A stretch of DNA of 63,618 bases, counting the filler, from Octopus bimaculoides (lineage: Eukaryota): NCBI RefSeq assembly GCF_001194135.2. It is 11 parts of 10 records of this genome, joined end to end, with 100 filler letters (N's around TTAATTAATTAA, not from the genome) between each part and the next. Parts side by side here need not be neighbours in the genome. Positions count along the whole stretch, not along the records: positions 1 to 19,845 come from NC_068986.1; 10 more parts are not named here. One strand, given 5' to 3'. The first letter of the stretch is position 1. Every line of letters begins with the position of its first letter. The notes beneath the pieces are model-generated. The model was not told the origin of the DNA. It did no database searches and saw only the letters and a list, made by a program, of their open reading frames with translations. Made by a program: the position numbers and the translations under genes. Below, piece after piece: positions 1 through 13,369 of this stretch.

Positions 1-86
<86 letters not shown>
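1..86. repeat. (TA)n/(CA)n compound microsatellite
   Basis: Direct dinucleotide arrays. Confidence 0.95.
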
Positions 87-92
<6 letters not shown>

Positions 93-94
93 AA

Positions 95-802
95 AAAGTT
101 TTCAATGGTACAACAATGCCAGATGGCAACCTTCGCACTATAAAAGTGGAGTTCACGAGGGATAGTGTGTGACCAGCATCGGAAAATTTTGTTTATTACC
201 CATTACTGCAAATCAGAACAGAGTTTCGGAGGATGGTCTGGAGAATGTCTTGACACAAAGTTGTGCAGATTTCATAATCCCTCTTGCTGAACTCCTGTTC
301 GACCATTATCTTGTAGGGATGTATATGGAGGGACATTTGTAAGATTCTGGGAGCAGTTCCATCGGACATGTATATGGCAGATACGTATTTTCTTGCGGAA
401 CATCTGGGAGACTGTTGTATTGAAGCTACCGCAGCTACGATATTTTTTGGCCATATAGCTGTCCTAGGACGACCAGGACTTTTCCTGTTTAAAGTTGATG
501 ATGTTTGTCTAAAGTTGGAAGCCTACCGACGAATTGTTTTTCCATCCGGTACAGGATCATGACGACGAAGCGCAAAGCGTCTTGGGAAGGAACGTTACGT
601 CGTTACAACCGATTCACCTTTCTTAACAAATTCTTCAACAACAAATACACGATGCTCTCCACTCCACGTCATACTGGGTGCTACCTGAAACAGAAAAAAA
701 TGGCATTTAATGACCTTCATAGAAATACAAAGGTTGTTCATGCATTTTCATGTGTTTTTTTATTAATCTTTGAAATAGGGCAACCTTTCCGCCACACTCT
801 TA
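95..802 (-). mobile_element. Tc1/mariner-superfamily DNA transposon relic (5' part; decayed transposase with DUF4817-like HTH)
   Basis: Minus frame from ATG at 672 reads MTWSGEHRVFVVEEFVKKGESVVTT*RSFPRRFALRRHDPVPDGKTIRR*ASNFRQTSSTLNRKSPGRPRTA...HPYKIMVEQE...NKQNF, with in-frame stops. GRPR and HPYK motifs are typical of this transposase group. A TA-flanked terminal-like sequence lies near 780-802. Confidence 0.75.
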
Positions 803-2029
803 TATATGCAGTCTTTTGATAAATAAACTTAGCAATTCTGTTCAGTTTTCACTTAACTAAACGTCTGGTTAATGTGCTTCCACGGAAAACGGAAAGTACC
901 TTTACGGCGAGTCCCATTAATAATCAACCTAAAATATCCTGTCAGTATTTCTACATAATTCGGGCTCAAAGGTTGGCTTTTGGTGTGTGCTTGTTATATT
1001 AGTAAATATCAATGAAAAAATGCATAAATGTAAATAAGGTGAAATAATGTCACAAATTCCATTCATATAAAACGTATTATATGCAGGGATTTTCACAAAT
1101 GCTAGAAAAAATATTCTGTTATTTCGGAGGAAATTTACAGCGATATAATAGGTTTTTGAAATATTCTTTAACCTTGGTGCTATAACTTAACATTCTGGCA
1201 ATAAAATCTAACATAACGATATTAGTCCTCAAGTAAAATACCGTCAATCATTCGAGCAAGTAGGGGACTTAATAACGTTCAGCCGAACTAAACCACTTAC
1301 AAGGCAGCACTGAAATCATTTGGGTTATATGGTGTAGGCAATACGCCGTTGTGTCAGTCACAAAAAATCCCTACAGACCAAAGTAATAGTCTTCTGTGTA
1401 GCTCGCCAATTTTCAATCTATCCTAATTATTTCATGACCTAATCCGCACTTTTAACTGTTCGCCATTCTATCGATATGGCTTTTATAGCCCCTGTCTTAA
1501 CTGATAATAACCACCATTAGACGCCTCTAAGCTTTAACCAACATAATCCAAAGGATATAGGTCACGTGGTACAATTAAAATATAATTTATCGCACTAGAT
1601 CGTCAATAAAAATACACAAACGAACATAACGAAAACAGAAAGAAAATAATGAAAGGCAGTGAACGAAATGAAAGTAAAAGATGGAAAAAAAGTAAAGAGA
1701 AAGGAGGAAGAACAAGAAAAGGAAGAAATGAAGAATGGTGCAAGAAAGCAAGAATATGAAGAATACGAAAATGAATGATGAGAGCTGACATTGATTGCAA
1801 TAAAACCAGGAATGAGGGATTTAAAACTATCAAGAATGGTGCTTGTGCGAAAGTCATACCATATATTTATTGGGCTACGATAATCATCGAGGAATTAAGA
1901 GAGTCAGAGAAGCGTTTTGTTTTCCAAATCGGATGGATTGAAGCTAAATTATTCGTGCAAACAAAGAAATGCCGATTTCTGTTGTTCGCTTTATCTCTCC
2001 GTCCACCTCTCCGTTCTCTGTCACTGTTT

Positions 2030-2860
2030 ATGTGTGTGTGTGTTTATGTGCGTGTGTGTGCGTGTGCTTGTGTGTGTGTGTGTATGTGTGTGTGTATGTG
2101 TGTGTACGCGCGCGTTAGAGTGTGTGTGTTTGAGGACACGCGTTATATGCGCGTGTGTGTGTGTGAGTATGTGTGAGTGTGTATTTATGTTTTTTCAGTG
2201 TCTCTGACGATCTATCTGTCTGTCTGTCTTCTTGTTTGTCTGTCAGTGCATCTATCTAAATACCTATCTAGCTCTAAAGTTTGGTTTATCCATCTTTCTA
2301 TTCATCTAAATGTTGTCTCCACTCATAGCTGTATATATGTTTGCTTATCTGTAACTACTTCTGTCTATATATTTATCTGTCTGCTAATTTCTCTATATAT
2401 CTATATAACAGTGTATTTGTCTATATATCCAATTATCCTATCTTTTTGTCTTTCTGCCTCTTCTTCTATCTTTCAATTTCTTTCTCTCTTTCTTTGTAGT
2501 CATATGTTGGTGTATATACATACATAATGCATACATTCATACATAAAAACATACCTACATGCATGCATACATATACACACACATACACACAAGCATATAC
2601 ACGCACAGACGAACACAAACACACGCACGCACACACACACACACACATATATATATATGTATGCATGTATATATACTTATACATGTGTATGTGTGTGCGT
2701 GCATAACTATTTGCACTAATACGTTACCTCAAAGATTGTGTTTTAGGCCCCATATTCATGTATGTTTGTATGTATGTATATATGTATGTTTGTATGTATG
2801 TATGTATGTATGCATGTATGTATGTATGTATGTATGTATATATTTATATATGTATGTGTA
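2030..2860. repeat. Cluster of (TG)n, (TCTA/TCTG)n, (CA)n and (TATG)n microsatellites
   Basis: Direct simple repeats; they account for the CVCV/YIYI ORFs in the track. Confidence 0.9.
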
Positions 2861-4330
2861 AGTAGAAAGGCAGATAAAAAAGTAGTCGCAAAGAGTGTAT
2901 ACACACGGGAAGTAGCATATACAAATTTATGTTGTCAACAAGTCTTATCTTTACAGCTGTTTCGGATACACAAAGACTGCTTCCATCAGCACGTTTATTA
3001 TGTAGTGAGATCCCGTTATTTTGTATGCATATAGACTACCATGGAGTTTGAAAATGTGTGATGCAATATCATGTCATCTCTATCACAGTTCCCTCAAAGG
3101 CTAGTTTTCTGGCCAAGGATACCTTGACTGTATGAAGTTTACACTGTCGTTAGTAGATCCCCTGTAATCTCGTTGGGGATTCGATCGAAATTTTGGATAT
3201 AAATATATACATGCTTACATATAAAAACACACGCAAACAGACACACATAGAGATATATATCAGGGGGCTAGTTTCCTTAATGTAAAGTTCCTGTTTTGGC
3301 AGTAAGGCATTATTTGAGGGCATACATAAATTACAAACAGGCAAAGTAACACAGACAGAATCGCATAGAGATATAAACCGGCACGCACAAACAAACAGGC
3401 AGAAACATGCACACAATCACGCATACACATAGAGAAAGGGGTCAAATGGATTTTTATTTTTTGTGACTTATTTCCTCTGTGTGTGCGTGCATGGGATCTT
3501 GTTCAAAACGGGGGCACCAGTATTTTCTTAACGAAACACTAACGAAACACTTTGAAACTTGGGACACTGGTAGAATGTGTCATATAACACATCTTTTACT
3601 CTTAGTCTTCTTAACAAAAAAAACCTACATCGCAAGTTATTTCATGTTAAAGTTGTCGTATTTCTGTAATTTCAACCAATCACTGACGTCTATTCAGCTG
3701 AATAGAGTTACTGCTGGGCGGTCATAAAAATGTCATTCCCTGTGACATATTTCATCCGGTTTAATCGTAATTTATACGCATATATTGTTTATACAATAAA
3801 TTACGCTGTGCGTATCNNNNNNNNNNNNNNNNNNNNNNNNNNNNNNNNNNNNNNNNNNNNNNNNNNNNNNNNNNNNNNNNNNNNNNNNNNNNNNNNNNNN
3901 NNNNNNNNNNNNNNNNNNNNNNNNNNNNNNNNNNNNNNNNNNNNNNNNNNNNNNNNNNNNNNNNNNNNNNNNNNNNNNNNNNNNNNNNNNNNNNNNNNNN
4001 NNNNNNNNNNNNNNNNNNNNNNNNNNNNNNNNNNNNNNNNNNNNNNNNNNNNNNNNNNNNNNNNNNNNNNNNNNNNNNNNNNNNNNNNNNNNNNNNNNNN
4101 NNNNNNNNNNNNNNNNNNNNNNNNNNNNNNNNNNNNNNNNNNNNNNNNNNNNNNNNNNNNNNNNNNNNNNNNNNNNNNNNNNNNNNNNNNNNNNNNNNNN
4201 NNNNNNNNNNNNNNNNNNNNNNNNNNNNNNNNNNNNNNNNNNNNNNNNNNNNNNNNNNNNNNNNNNNNNNNNNNNNNNNNNNNNNNNNNNNNNNNNNNNN
4301 NNNNNNNNNNNNNNNNNNNNNNNNNNNNNN

Positions 4331-4398
<68 letters not shown>

Positions 4399-5097
4399 CG
4401 TGCGTGTGTGTCTTGGTGAAACTGTATTAGTATTGGTACGATAGAGTGCTACTAACAGAATCGCAAATACAAAAGTACTCGCTCACATACGCATATACCA
4501 GAGGCACAAACTCCTACGTATATACGTTACACACGCAGATTCAAGCATTCACACACACCAATAACAACACCAACACATCCACATATACTCACACTCCCGT
4601 AGCTATGTACACAGCCGAAGAGAGAAGCAGACATGAAATTTTTACACTGAACCCCGCACCGATTCTTCGATTACGCCCATCACTCACTTCTCTCTCGCTC
4701 CTTCTTCCAATATAAACTTTAGTTTTTATCAGTGTTGTTTGTGTTTGCAATGTAAGCGACATCGATTACATGACGCTTTTTTGGAGCACAGTAATTATTT
4801 TAATTAAGGGGGTGGGCGTGCATACGAGTCTATGTGTGCGCGCGCGTAGGTTTGTGCCGGTGTATGTGTAGGTTTGTTATTGAGAAGTAAATAACTGAAT
4901 AAAATATACAGAAATTATTGTAACAAAATTCATAACTTCGAAGATGTCCGTAAAAGCTAAAGAAAAGAAAATAATTGTGGAGATCCTTGGAGTGGACACG
5001 GTACAAACTAAATGCATCACCAAAATATATTATATACAGAACAACAACTATTTTACTTATGATGCAAGCGAAGAACTACATGGAAAATTGTAATATT

Positions 5098-5240
5098 TAT
5101 TTCTTTATTGCCCACAGCGGGGCTAAACATAGAGGGGACAAACAAGGACAGACAAAGGGATTAAGTCGATTACATCGACCCCAGTGCGTAACTGGGATTT
5201 ATTTCATCGACTACGAAAGGAATGGCAAAGTCGACCTCGA
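5098..5240 (-). mobile_element. tRNA-derived SINE family A (Nin/Deu-domain-like), 3' part
   Basis: Reverse complement of the element at 12208-12437. Confidence 0.85.
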
Positions 5241-5325
5241 ACGACAGAAGCAGTATTAATACTAAAACGCAGCGTTTGTGTCCAACTTAACGTGGTTGTT
5301 GTGTTACAACACACCTTACTGTTTT

Positions 5326-5726
5326 TTACTCTTACTTGTTTCAGTCATTTGACTGTGGCCATGCTGGAGCACCGCCTTTAGTCGAGCAAGTCAACCCCAG
5401 GACTTATTCTTTGTAAGCCTAGTACTTATTCTATCGCTCTCTTTTGCCGAACCGTTAAGTTACGGGGACGTAAACACACCACCATCGGTCGTCAAGCAAT
5501 GTTGGTCAAACAAACACAGACACACAAACACATACACACACACACACATATATACATATATACGACGGGCTTCTTTCAGTTTCCATCTACCAAATCCACT
5601 CACAAGATCTTGGTCGGCCCGAGGCTATAGTAGAAGACACTTGCGCAAGGTGCCACGAAGTTGGACTGAACCCGAAACCATGTGGTTCGTAAGCAAGCTA
5701 CTTAACACACAGCTACTCTTACGCCT
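5326..5726 (-). mobile_element. tRNA-derived SINE family B (CORE-like, OR1-like), near full length
   Basis: Matches other copies (25995-26480, 30625-30932): tRNA-like head, CCTTG(G)GCAAGTG core, internal CA/TA microsatellite, GACTGAAACAAGTAAGAG tail. Confidence 0.85.
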
Positions 5727-6577
5727 ATATGAACATATTTTAAATAGTCTGCTGCAATTTGCTACATCAGTGCCTCAAAACACTGAAATTTTATAAATCG
5801 TTGGCAGTAAGATTCAGCTGTGGTGTCGCTATCGGATGTTTGTGTCCACGGAGCCCCAAGCAGGAATAATTATCAGTTGAGCATTGGGCTTGATTTAATC
5901 AACTCACCCACCTCCCATAATTTCTGGCATTGTTCCAGGATAAGAAAAGTTTTGTAAAAAAAATGTATTGAAAAGGAAGGGCACACATTTATAAATATAA
6001 GAAAGACAAAATGTAGTATATTGTATGCTTTGTGGAAATATCTGTGATTACCGTCAGCCGTTATATGTCGCTTTCTTTTATTTACAACGAATTAAAATCA
6101 CAATCAATTTGTCTCCAGTCATAGCTCTCTTAAACAGAATTACACCAGAAACACACACTCAAAATCCTTTACACACACAAACTGGAAGGAGGCTTTCATA
6201 GAAAATACAGAAATATATACGTTTACGTATATTTACACGTAAGTAGATACAAGTTCAAACTTATGTGGGTGCTTTTCTTTGTGTTCTGTATGTTGTGCGT
6301 GCATGCGTGCATGCGTGCGTGAGTGCATGTCTATAAGTGTGTTAGTGTGTGTGAGGGTGTTTATGTGGTTATAGGGAAACGGGGAAGATAATGAAATTGA
6401 GAAAATAATTTATGGTCATTGGGCTAAGCAGATGAAATGCTTGTGTGGCTTCACATGAAAAGAGACTGAATATTATCGAAAACAAACACGTATGTCTACT
6501 GACATCTGTACCGAGAAGTAAAACCTCTAACATTTAACAAAATGAGATATATCATTTTGACTTTAGAAATTACATAC

Positions 6578-6623
6578 AACACGTGACAGTCTGTCTTAAC
6601 GATTGACTTTCATCTGCCGCCAT
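6578..6623 (-). CDS. Candidate first coding exon (MAADESQSLRQTVTC, phase 1 donor)
   Basis: CAAAATGGCGGC start context, 15 open codons, then T|GTATGT donor at 6577. No homology recognised. Confidence 0.25.
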
Positions 6624-7934
6624 TTTGCAACAATAGGTCCTAGTTTCGTTACATACGGACGGAATAAATTACATCTAATACTGAAATGACTGAGATAAAA
6701 TACAATTATCGATTGTAGGAACTACAGTGATGTCCCTGTATTCCGAGAAGTCCGTAAATACTGTGCATTACCCTGCAATACACTGTACCCTGTATCGAAT
6801 AAACAGATCATGCTGTGAAGTTAGTTAATTTGCATACGGTGTGTTTAAAATAGTGGATTGATAATGATTAAAAATACTCTGCTGTACAAACGTATTAATT
6901 TGTATCTGTAGCTGTTAAATAATATCATGTTCTTTACTTCACTTTGTTTAATTATCATCTTATAAACATACTACTGTACACATGGTACGGAAACGTTTAT
7001 TTTAAGAATCTTAAATAGATTAATGAATATCAAATAGATCCAGCTTTAGATGTGTGTTAATTTAAATGTGCTAAATACAATTTAGTACAATTTAATTCTT
7101 TACTTGTATTAGTTCCTCTTATAATTTAAATATATTTTTAAGCTGTGTCTAGAAAACTGGAAAGTCCAAAAGTCAGGGCCACTTCCAGTTCTAAACTTGG
7201 CGGAAACTTTGTCCAGGACTGCATGAGCTTTAGAAAATAGTCAGATATATATCGACCCTTCATTCTGATTTGTTTCCTCTCCGAACGTTTGCAGGTACCT
7301 CTTACTTTATTGTATGTGTACAAAGTAAATTGTTCGATGTTCAAATCAAGACCTAATTCTTAATATGTACACATACAGAAATAAGATTTGAAACAAAATT
7401 CAATGACATCTAGTGTAGATCATTCATATTTTGCTTATTAGAAGCAATAGACACCGGACATTCTTGGACAACGCCTTCAAAATTTCAGCCAAACAGATCG
7501 ACTCAGTAGTTATTTTCAAAATCTGGTTCCTAAATGAGTCACTGTATAAGTTAACGAACTCCTAGGTTACAGTAACGTAAACAAACCATCACCAGCTGTC
7601 AAGCAGTGGGTTGGAGACAAGCACACATATGTGACGGGTTTCCGCACAATTTCTGTTAACCAATATCACTCACAAGACACTGGTCGACCCAGAGCTTACC
7701 CTAGTTACCGAGCAGAGGGACTGAACTTCATACCACGTGGATGGTAAGTGTGATTTTTCACCACACAACCATGCCTGCGCCTATTTATAAATACTAACCA
7801 TTTTCCTCTGTATAGTTTTAATTCCAAAAACTTATTATGAAGGATTTCTTATAAACTACCCGGTCTATCATTTTAAAGTACAAACTTTTCTCAATTGCAA
7901 ATATCTTTATAGCATCTTTTATCTTTTATATTTC

Positions 7935-8160
7935 ACTTGTTTCTTGTTTCAGTCATTAGAATGTGGCCATGCTGGGGCACCACGTTGGAGAATTTTTAGT
8001 CGAAGGGATCAACATCAGTACTTAATTTTTGTTTAAGCCTGGTACTTTTGTCGAACCCTTTCGCCGAACCACTAAGTTACGGGGACGTAAACACAACAAC
8101 TCCGGTTGTCAAGTAATGGTGGGGAAGCACGGTTCTTATCACACAGCCACGCTGACATAA
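7935..8160 (-). mobile_element. SINE family B, 3' part
   Basis: TTTCAGTCATTAGAATGTGGCCATGCTGG...CCGAACC..TAAGTTACGGGGACGTAAACAC is shared with other copies. Confidence 0.8.
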
Positions 8161-8199
8161 TTCTTACGAAGTTTCTGTACCAATATTTGAAACACAGAA

Positions 8200-8640
8200 G
8201 TCGCCGATCTGGCAGAAACGTTAGCACGCTGGGCGAAACGCTTGCGGTATTTCGTCTGTCTTTACGTTCTGCGTTCAAATCCCGCCGAGGTCAATTTTAC
8301 TTTTCATCCTTTCGGGGTCGATAAATTAAGTACCAGTTACGTACTGGGGTTGATATCATCGACTTAAACGCTTTGTCAGTCCTTGTTTGTCCTTTCTATG
8401 TTTAGCCCCTTGTGGGCAATAAAGAAATAAGAAACGTTAGCACGCCGGGCGAAATTCTTAGCAGTATTTCGTCTGTCTTTNNNNNNNNNNGCGAAATTCT
8501 TAGCAGTATTTCGTCTGTCTTTACGTTTAGAGTTCAAATTCCGCCGAGGTCGACTTTGCCTGTCATCCTTTCGGGGTCGATAAATTAAATACGGGTTCCG
8601 TACTGAGGTCGATCTAATCAACTGGCCCACTCCTCCAAAA
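8200..8640 (+). mobile_element. Two head-to-tail SINE family A copies
   Basis: GGCAGAAACGTTAGCACGC..GGCGAAA...GTTCAAAT(T)CCGCCGAGGTC...CCTTTCGGGGTCGATAAATTAA occurs twice; a 10-N gap at 8481-8490 has duplicated flanks. Confidence 0.88.
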
Positions 8641-9194
8641 TGTCGTGCCTTGTGCCTAGAGTAGTAAAGAATATTTAAAACACAGAACTATACCACAGAT
8701 AACTGGTATGCCTAGAGATAAAATAACCGAAATTTGACAAAAAACTTCACGTAATCTCTAACTTAATCTTTTGTGCCAAAGTTAAATAGTATCTATTCTA
8801 TAAGAAGCGAAGAAGTAAATTTTCATAAATACGGCAGTGCCATCAAATTATATTCGTCTATGTCTTATAGATTGTTTTACGGTAAAGGTTCTGGTTCTCT
8901 ATGAGGTGATTTCAAATCTAGCCGAAGTCAATGTTGCCTTTCATCCTTTTGGAGTAGATAAATGAATTGCGAATGGGCGTCAATTTTCCTTTTACTTTAT
9001 GTCTGCCTTTCCTCTACAAAATATACTCTAACGCCAGAACTTTAACTAAGAGCAGTATTGTCTCCGATAAATCTAAAAAGTACCCATCAGAAACCGTATT
9101 CTACAAGGGATTCTACGAATCCAAAATGTGTTGAAGGGCCTAAGTAATGCATGCACACACATACACACACATACACCCACGTGCACACACACGG

Positions 9195-9385
9195 ACTCTG
9201 GTAGTGTCTTTGTCCCGCCACACTTTACGACCTATGTTGATGTACTTATGTCCCTATAATTTAGCGGTTCGACAAAAGAAACTAATAGAATAAATACTAG
9301 GCTTTTCTTCGGCGAACACCATATAATGTGGTACTCCAGCACAGCCGCCGTCTAATGACTGAACTGAAACAAGTAACAAAGGAAG
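9195..9385 (+). mobile_element. SINE family B, 3' part
   Basis: TTAGCGGTTCGACAAAAGAAAC..ATAGAATAAATACTAGGCTT...GAAACAAGTAA. Confidence 0.7.
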
Positions 9386-9928
9386 AGAGGATATAGATAT
9401 ATATATATGTGTGTGTATGTATGTATGTATGTATGTATGTATGCATGTGTATGTATGTGTATGTGTGTGTGTATGTGTGTGTGTGTGTTTGTTTGTGAGT
9501 TAGAGTTTGAGAAACCAACAAAGGGATAATACCTATCCCAAATACTGCTGGTAGTGTACCCATTTATTCATAGTCAAGTGTTAGTTATTGCATAGCAATC
9601 TCGCAATTGAGTATTATATTATATATGGGCAGGGTAAACGAGTGGTTTACCCTAAATTTATACGGCACATAAGGAAGCGAAGAGTATATAAAATCGACAG
9701 ACATCAACCGGTAAACATTCTACTTTACTTTATTTAAAAGGACAAACACACTTTAGCTATTCTTAACTGAATTTTATATATGTTAGCCCGTACCCCAACC
9801 AATTAGACCCTCTGAAGAAGCCTAGGGGCACATCCACTATCCAAGCCTTGTCTGCTCATCCCTGCATAACACTGAAAAGATGGAGATAACCTGGAAGTTT
9901 TCGTTGCCTCTTGGCAGAAACGGCCGTA

Positions 9929-9978
9929 TGGAACTAGTACCTACACACCCATTTGGAACTAGTACCTACACACCCATT
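9929..9978 (+). repeat. 25-bp direct tandem duplication
   Basis: TGGAACTAGTACCTACACACCCATT twice in tandem. Confidence 0.9.
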
Positions 9979-10948
9979 TAGCATTTTGCCAATTTGCTCA
10001 TTTGCTGAATTGCACATTTATTTCTATATGCTTATGTGTATTCGGCACACTTGTTTATGCAGTTACCAGCTTTTTCCTGTCGCTAATCTGTACCATTCAT
10101 ACATGTGTGTGTATTCATCCAATACTTTTGAATAAATAGACATACTGGAATGTTTACCAGTTGATGTCTGTTGATTTTATATCCTCTCCGTTTTCTTATT
10201 TGGCATATATATATATATANNNNNNNNNNNNNNNNNNNNNNNNNNNNNNNNNNNNNNNNNNNNNNNNNNNNNNNNNNNNNNNNNNNNNNNNNNNNNNNNN
10301 NNNNNNNNNNNNNNNNNNNNNNNNNNNNNNNNNNNNNNNNNNNNNNNNNNNNNNNNNNNNNNNNNNNNNNNNNNNNNNNNNNNNNNNNNNNNNNNNNNNN
10401 NNNNNNNNNNNNNNNNNNNNNNNNNNNNNNNNNNNNNNNNNNNNNNNNNNNNNNNNNNNNNNNNNNNNNNNNNNNNNNNNNNNNNNNNNNNNNNNNNNNN
10501 NNNNNNNNNNNNNNNNNNNNNNNNNNNNNNNNNNNNNNNNNNNNNNNNNNNNNNNNNNNNNNNNNNNNNNNNNNNNNNNNNNNNNNNNNNNNNNNNNNNN
10601 NNNNNNNNNNNNNNNNNNNNNNNNNNNNNNNNNNNNNNNNNNNNNNNNNNNNNNNNNNNNNNNNNNNNNNNNNNNNNNNNNNNNNNNNNNNNNNNNNNNN
10701 NNNNNNNNNNNNNNNNNNNNNNNNNNNNNNNNNNNNNNNNNNNNNNNNNNNNNNNNNNNNNNNNNNNNNNNNNNNNNNNNNNNNNNNNNNNNNNNNNNNN
10801 NNNNNNNNNNNNNNNNNNNNNNNNNNNNNNNNNNNNNNNNNNNNNNNNNNNNNNNNNNNNNNNNNNNNNNNNNNNNNNNNNNNNNNNNNNNNNNNNNNNN
10901 NNNNNNNNNNNNNNNNNNNNNNNNNNNNNNNNNNNNNNNNATATATAC

Positions 10949-10981
<33 letters not shown>

Positions 10982-12207
10982 CTTAAACCGGACTTACTGT
11001 TGAAAGTCGGAAAATGCGGTATTTCGTCTCTAGAAATCATCTCTTTTACAAAAAGCAATAATTGAATAATTACTGATGTCGCAAGTAGCTGTCAGTCTGA
11101 AAAGACATGCGTGTTCAGCGTACAAGTAATATTAGTTCAAAATAGCAATCTATATATCATACTTAATACAAACATCCTGTTGAAAGCTTGAAAACTTCAA
11201 TATTCTTCTCGAGGAAACATTTCTAATGAACTTATAGTGTGGCCGGCTGATGGTATTTCCAGTTTCTTTTATTGAAGAAATGGTGTATATTCTCACTGAT
11301 ATTTGATCCTCACTAAAACTGTTCTGATCTCTTAAAAATATCCTCCTGTCTCACAAGTTTGGTTGCTTAGTTTTAAATATAATTTATGCTATTTACTGCT
11401 ATTACAAGTGACCTCTACATCTAGGAGCTGGCCGGTATTGAAGCACCACCACATAGATCCACACCACTGCCCTTCTGTTGCCATTCGTTATTTTATTTTT
11501 TCTATCCTCATACGTGCTTCCTTCTCAAAACGTAGGTCCTCAAGTATTCTCTCCTTACCCATATTTACCCCCGTCACAACATCCGTCACCTTGCACCTGT
11601 TCAAGTGAAGCATCAATCACGTCGGTTTCACACGTTTGGGTGGGGCTGGGAGTGCCGAAGACTCAGCCCTCTTCCTCAGGACCTAACCATTAACATAAAT
11701 AATATCTCAGCAGTGTTTCATGGCAATTATTTATTACACCTCTCACCAAACGTAGATAACACTGACAGATAAAAGGACAGACATAAACTGTGAATAAAAA
11801 TATTACGCCTATAGTATATGAACTGATGTCGAGAGGTCTACAAGTCAAATATTTTACCAATTCTGTCAAGTCCATAGACAATGATATTTAAAAATAATGC
11901 AATAAAATAGTCGTGGATGCTGATGTTGCTGTGTTGGTTCTTTAATTCCAGACCAGTTCTCACCAGCCACACCTTTCAGTAAACAGCTTTCAAACCATGA
12001 TGTTCCAGTCTTTTTTTTTTTAGACATGATGTATCCAAACCCAGCATTATCTCTATAAACGGACACCTCGTGCGTACTCTCTAGTGAGGCCATGCCAACG
12101 TTATCCCTTTTAACAGAGAAAGGAAAACACATGTATTGCTCATATCAGGAAAACAGCACCGTACTAGAACTCTTCTATGCATAAGCGGCATTCAGCAAGA
12201 TCCCTCG

Positions 12208-12437
12208 CAGCGAGCTGGCAGAAACATTAGCACGCCGGGCGAAATGCTTAGCGGTATTTCGTCTGCCGTTACGTTCTGAGTTCAAATTCCACCGAGGTCG
12301 ACTTTGCCTTTCATCCTATCGGGGTCGATGAAATAAATACCAGTTACGCACTGGGGTCGATATCATCGACTTAATCCGTTTGTCTGTTCTTGTTTCTACC
12401 CTTTGTGTGTAGCCCCTTGTGGGCAGTAAAGAAATAA
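12208..12437 (+). mobile_element. SINE family A, full length
   Basis: A-box-like GAGCTGGCAGAAAC, B-box GAGTTCAAATTCC, central GCCTTTCATCCT.TCGGGGTCGAT.AAATAA.TACCAG domain, AATAAGA tail. Confidence 0.9.
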
Positions 12438-12444
12438 GAGCCCT

Positions 12445-12960
12445 CCAAGTCGCTACGAATGCTTGACCTCAGTTTTACGAGGTATCTCCATAGCAAAAGC
12501 ACTTCTTAACAGAACTACAATGGCATCCCAAAGACTAATCTCCGTCTATGGAGCTGGAAGACATTTCAACCCCAACAAGTCCAAACACTCTACAAAACTC
12601 AGCATTCAGACATGGTCTGCATGGCATCCAGCATTACACCATTAACGGTGACGGTAGCCCCTTACCCATAAAATAGAGGCTAGTATGCATTCTGTCTCTT
12701 TTCTATTGCTACTATAATGATCACTACTACAAGGTACTTGCTGGCCTCATTTTATAACCACTCAGGTACCACCGACTCACCCTAACTCTAGCCCACTCGT
12801 CGCTCTTGTTGCAACTAACTCACCTTTACCCTCCATAATCAATATGTTTAATCCTTTCTCTCCAGAAATTCGTTCTTTGGATTCTTCCCTACCAGCATCT
12901 TTTCCACCAGGTATTCACCTGTAATAGATTAAACGGCACAATAATAGAATCTCTCTCACC
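12445..12960 (+). mobile_element. CR1/L2-clade LINE, decayed 3' end of ORF2
   Basis: Fragments such as TFQPQQVQTLYKTQ and SLFYCYYNDH...LAGLI resemble CR1/L2 RT C-terminal motifs (FTPQQLLTLYKAQ, SLFYRYY); multiple stops and frameshifts. Confidence 0.6.
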
Positions 12961-13369
12961 AAATCACGGAGAAGCTGCAAGGGTCAATGGCCTCAAGCGC
13001 TTCCTCCTGATTCAGCAAGTAAAAGGAGCCAACAGCAGACATTTTGCCTCTTATCTGTCCAACTGTTTTTTAATGACATAATGTATCTGGGACTACACTA
13101 CACAGAACATGTTTCATAATATGACTATACTATTTATGATATAGTTGCCTGCTTTATTTCAAAACGGTCGTGTGAAACTTGAAGAATATTTGACTACTGA
13201 TGTTTCTAGCAAATCAATTGACCACATAAAGGTTCGTTCCCTGTCTAATGCGCGATCTCGTGCATGTCAACACACACACTCGCAAACACACCTATGTGTG
13301 TGTTTGTGAGATAGTTATAGATAGATAGATAAATAGATAGATAGATAAATATATAGATAGATGTTTTGA

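Noticed and set aside
8481-8522. Apparent 32-bp tandem duplication across a 10-N gap
   Set aside because: Contig-overlap artefact typical of negative-size gaps.
9631-9653. Perfect 9-bp hairpin AGGGTAAAC-GAGTG-GTTTACCCT
   Set aside because: No downstream CTRR Helitron end or other context; a short stem like this is plausible by chance.
9800-9840. CTGAAGA-A-GCC(TAGG)GGC, resembling a hammerhead 5' core and stem II
   Set aside because: The required GAAA and cleavage triplet are absent (ACATC follows); at most a truncated relic.
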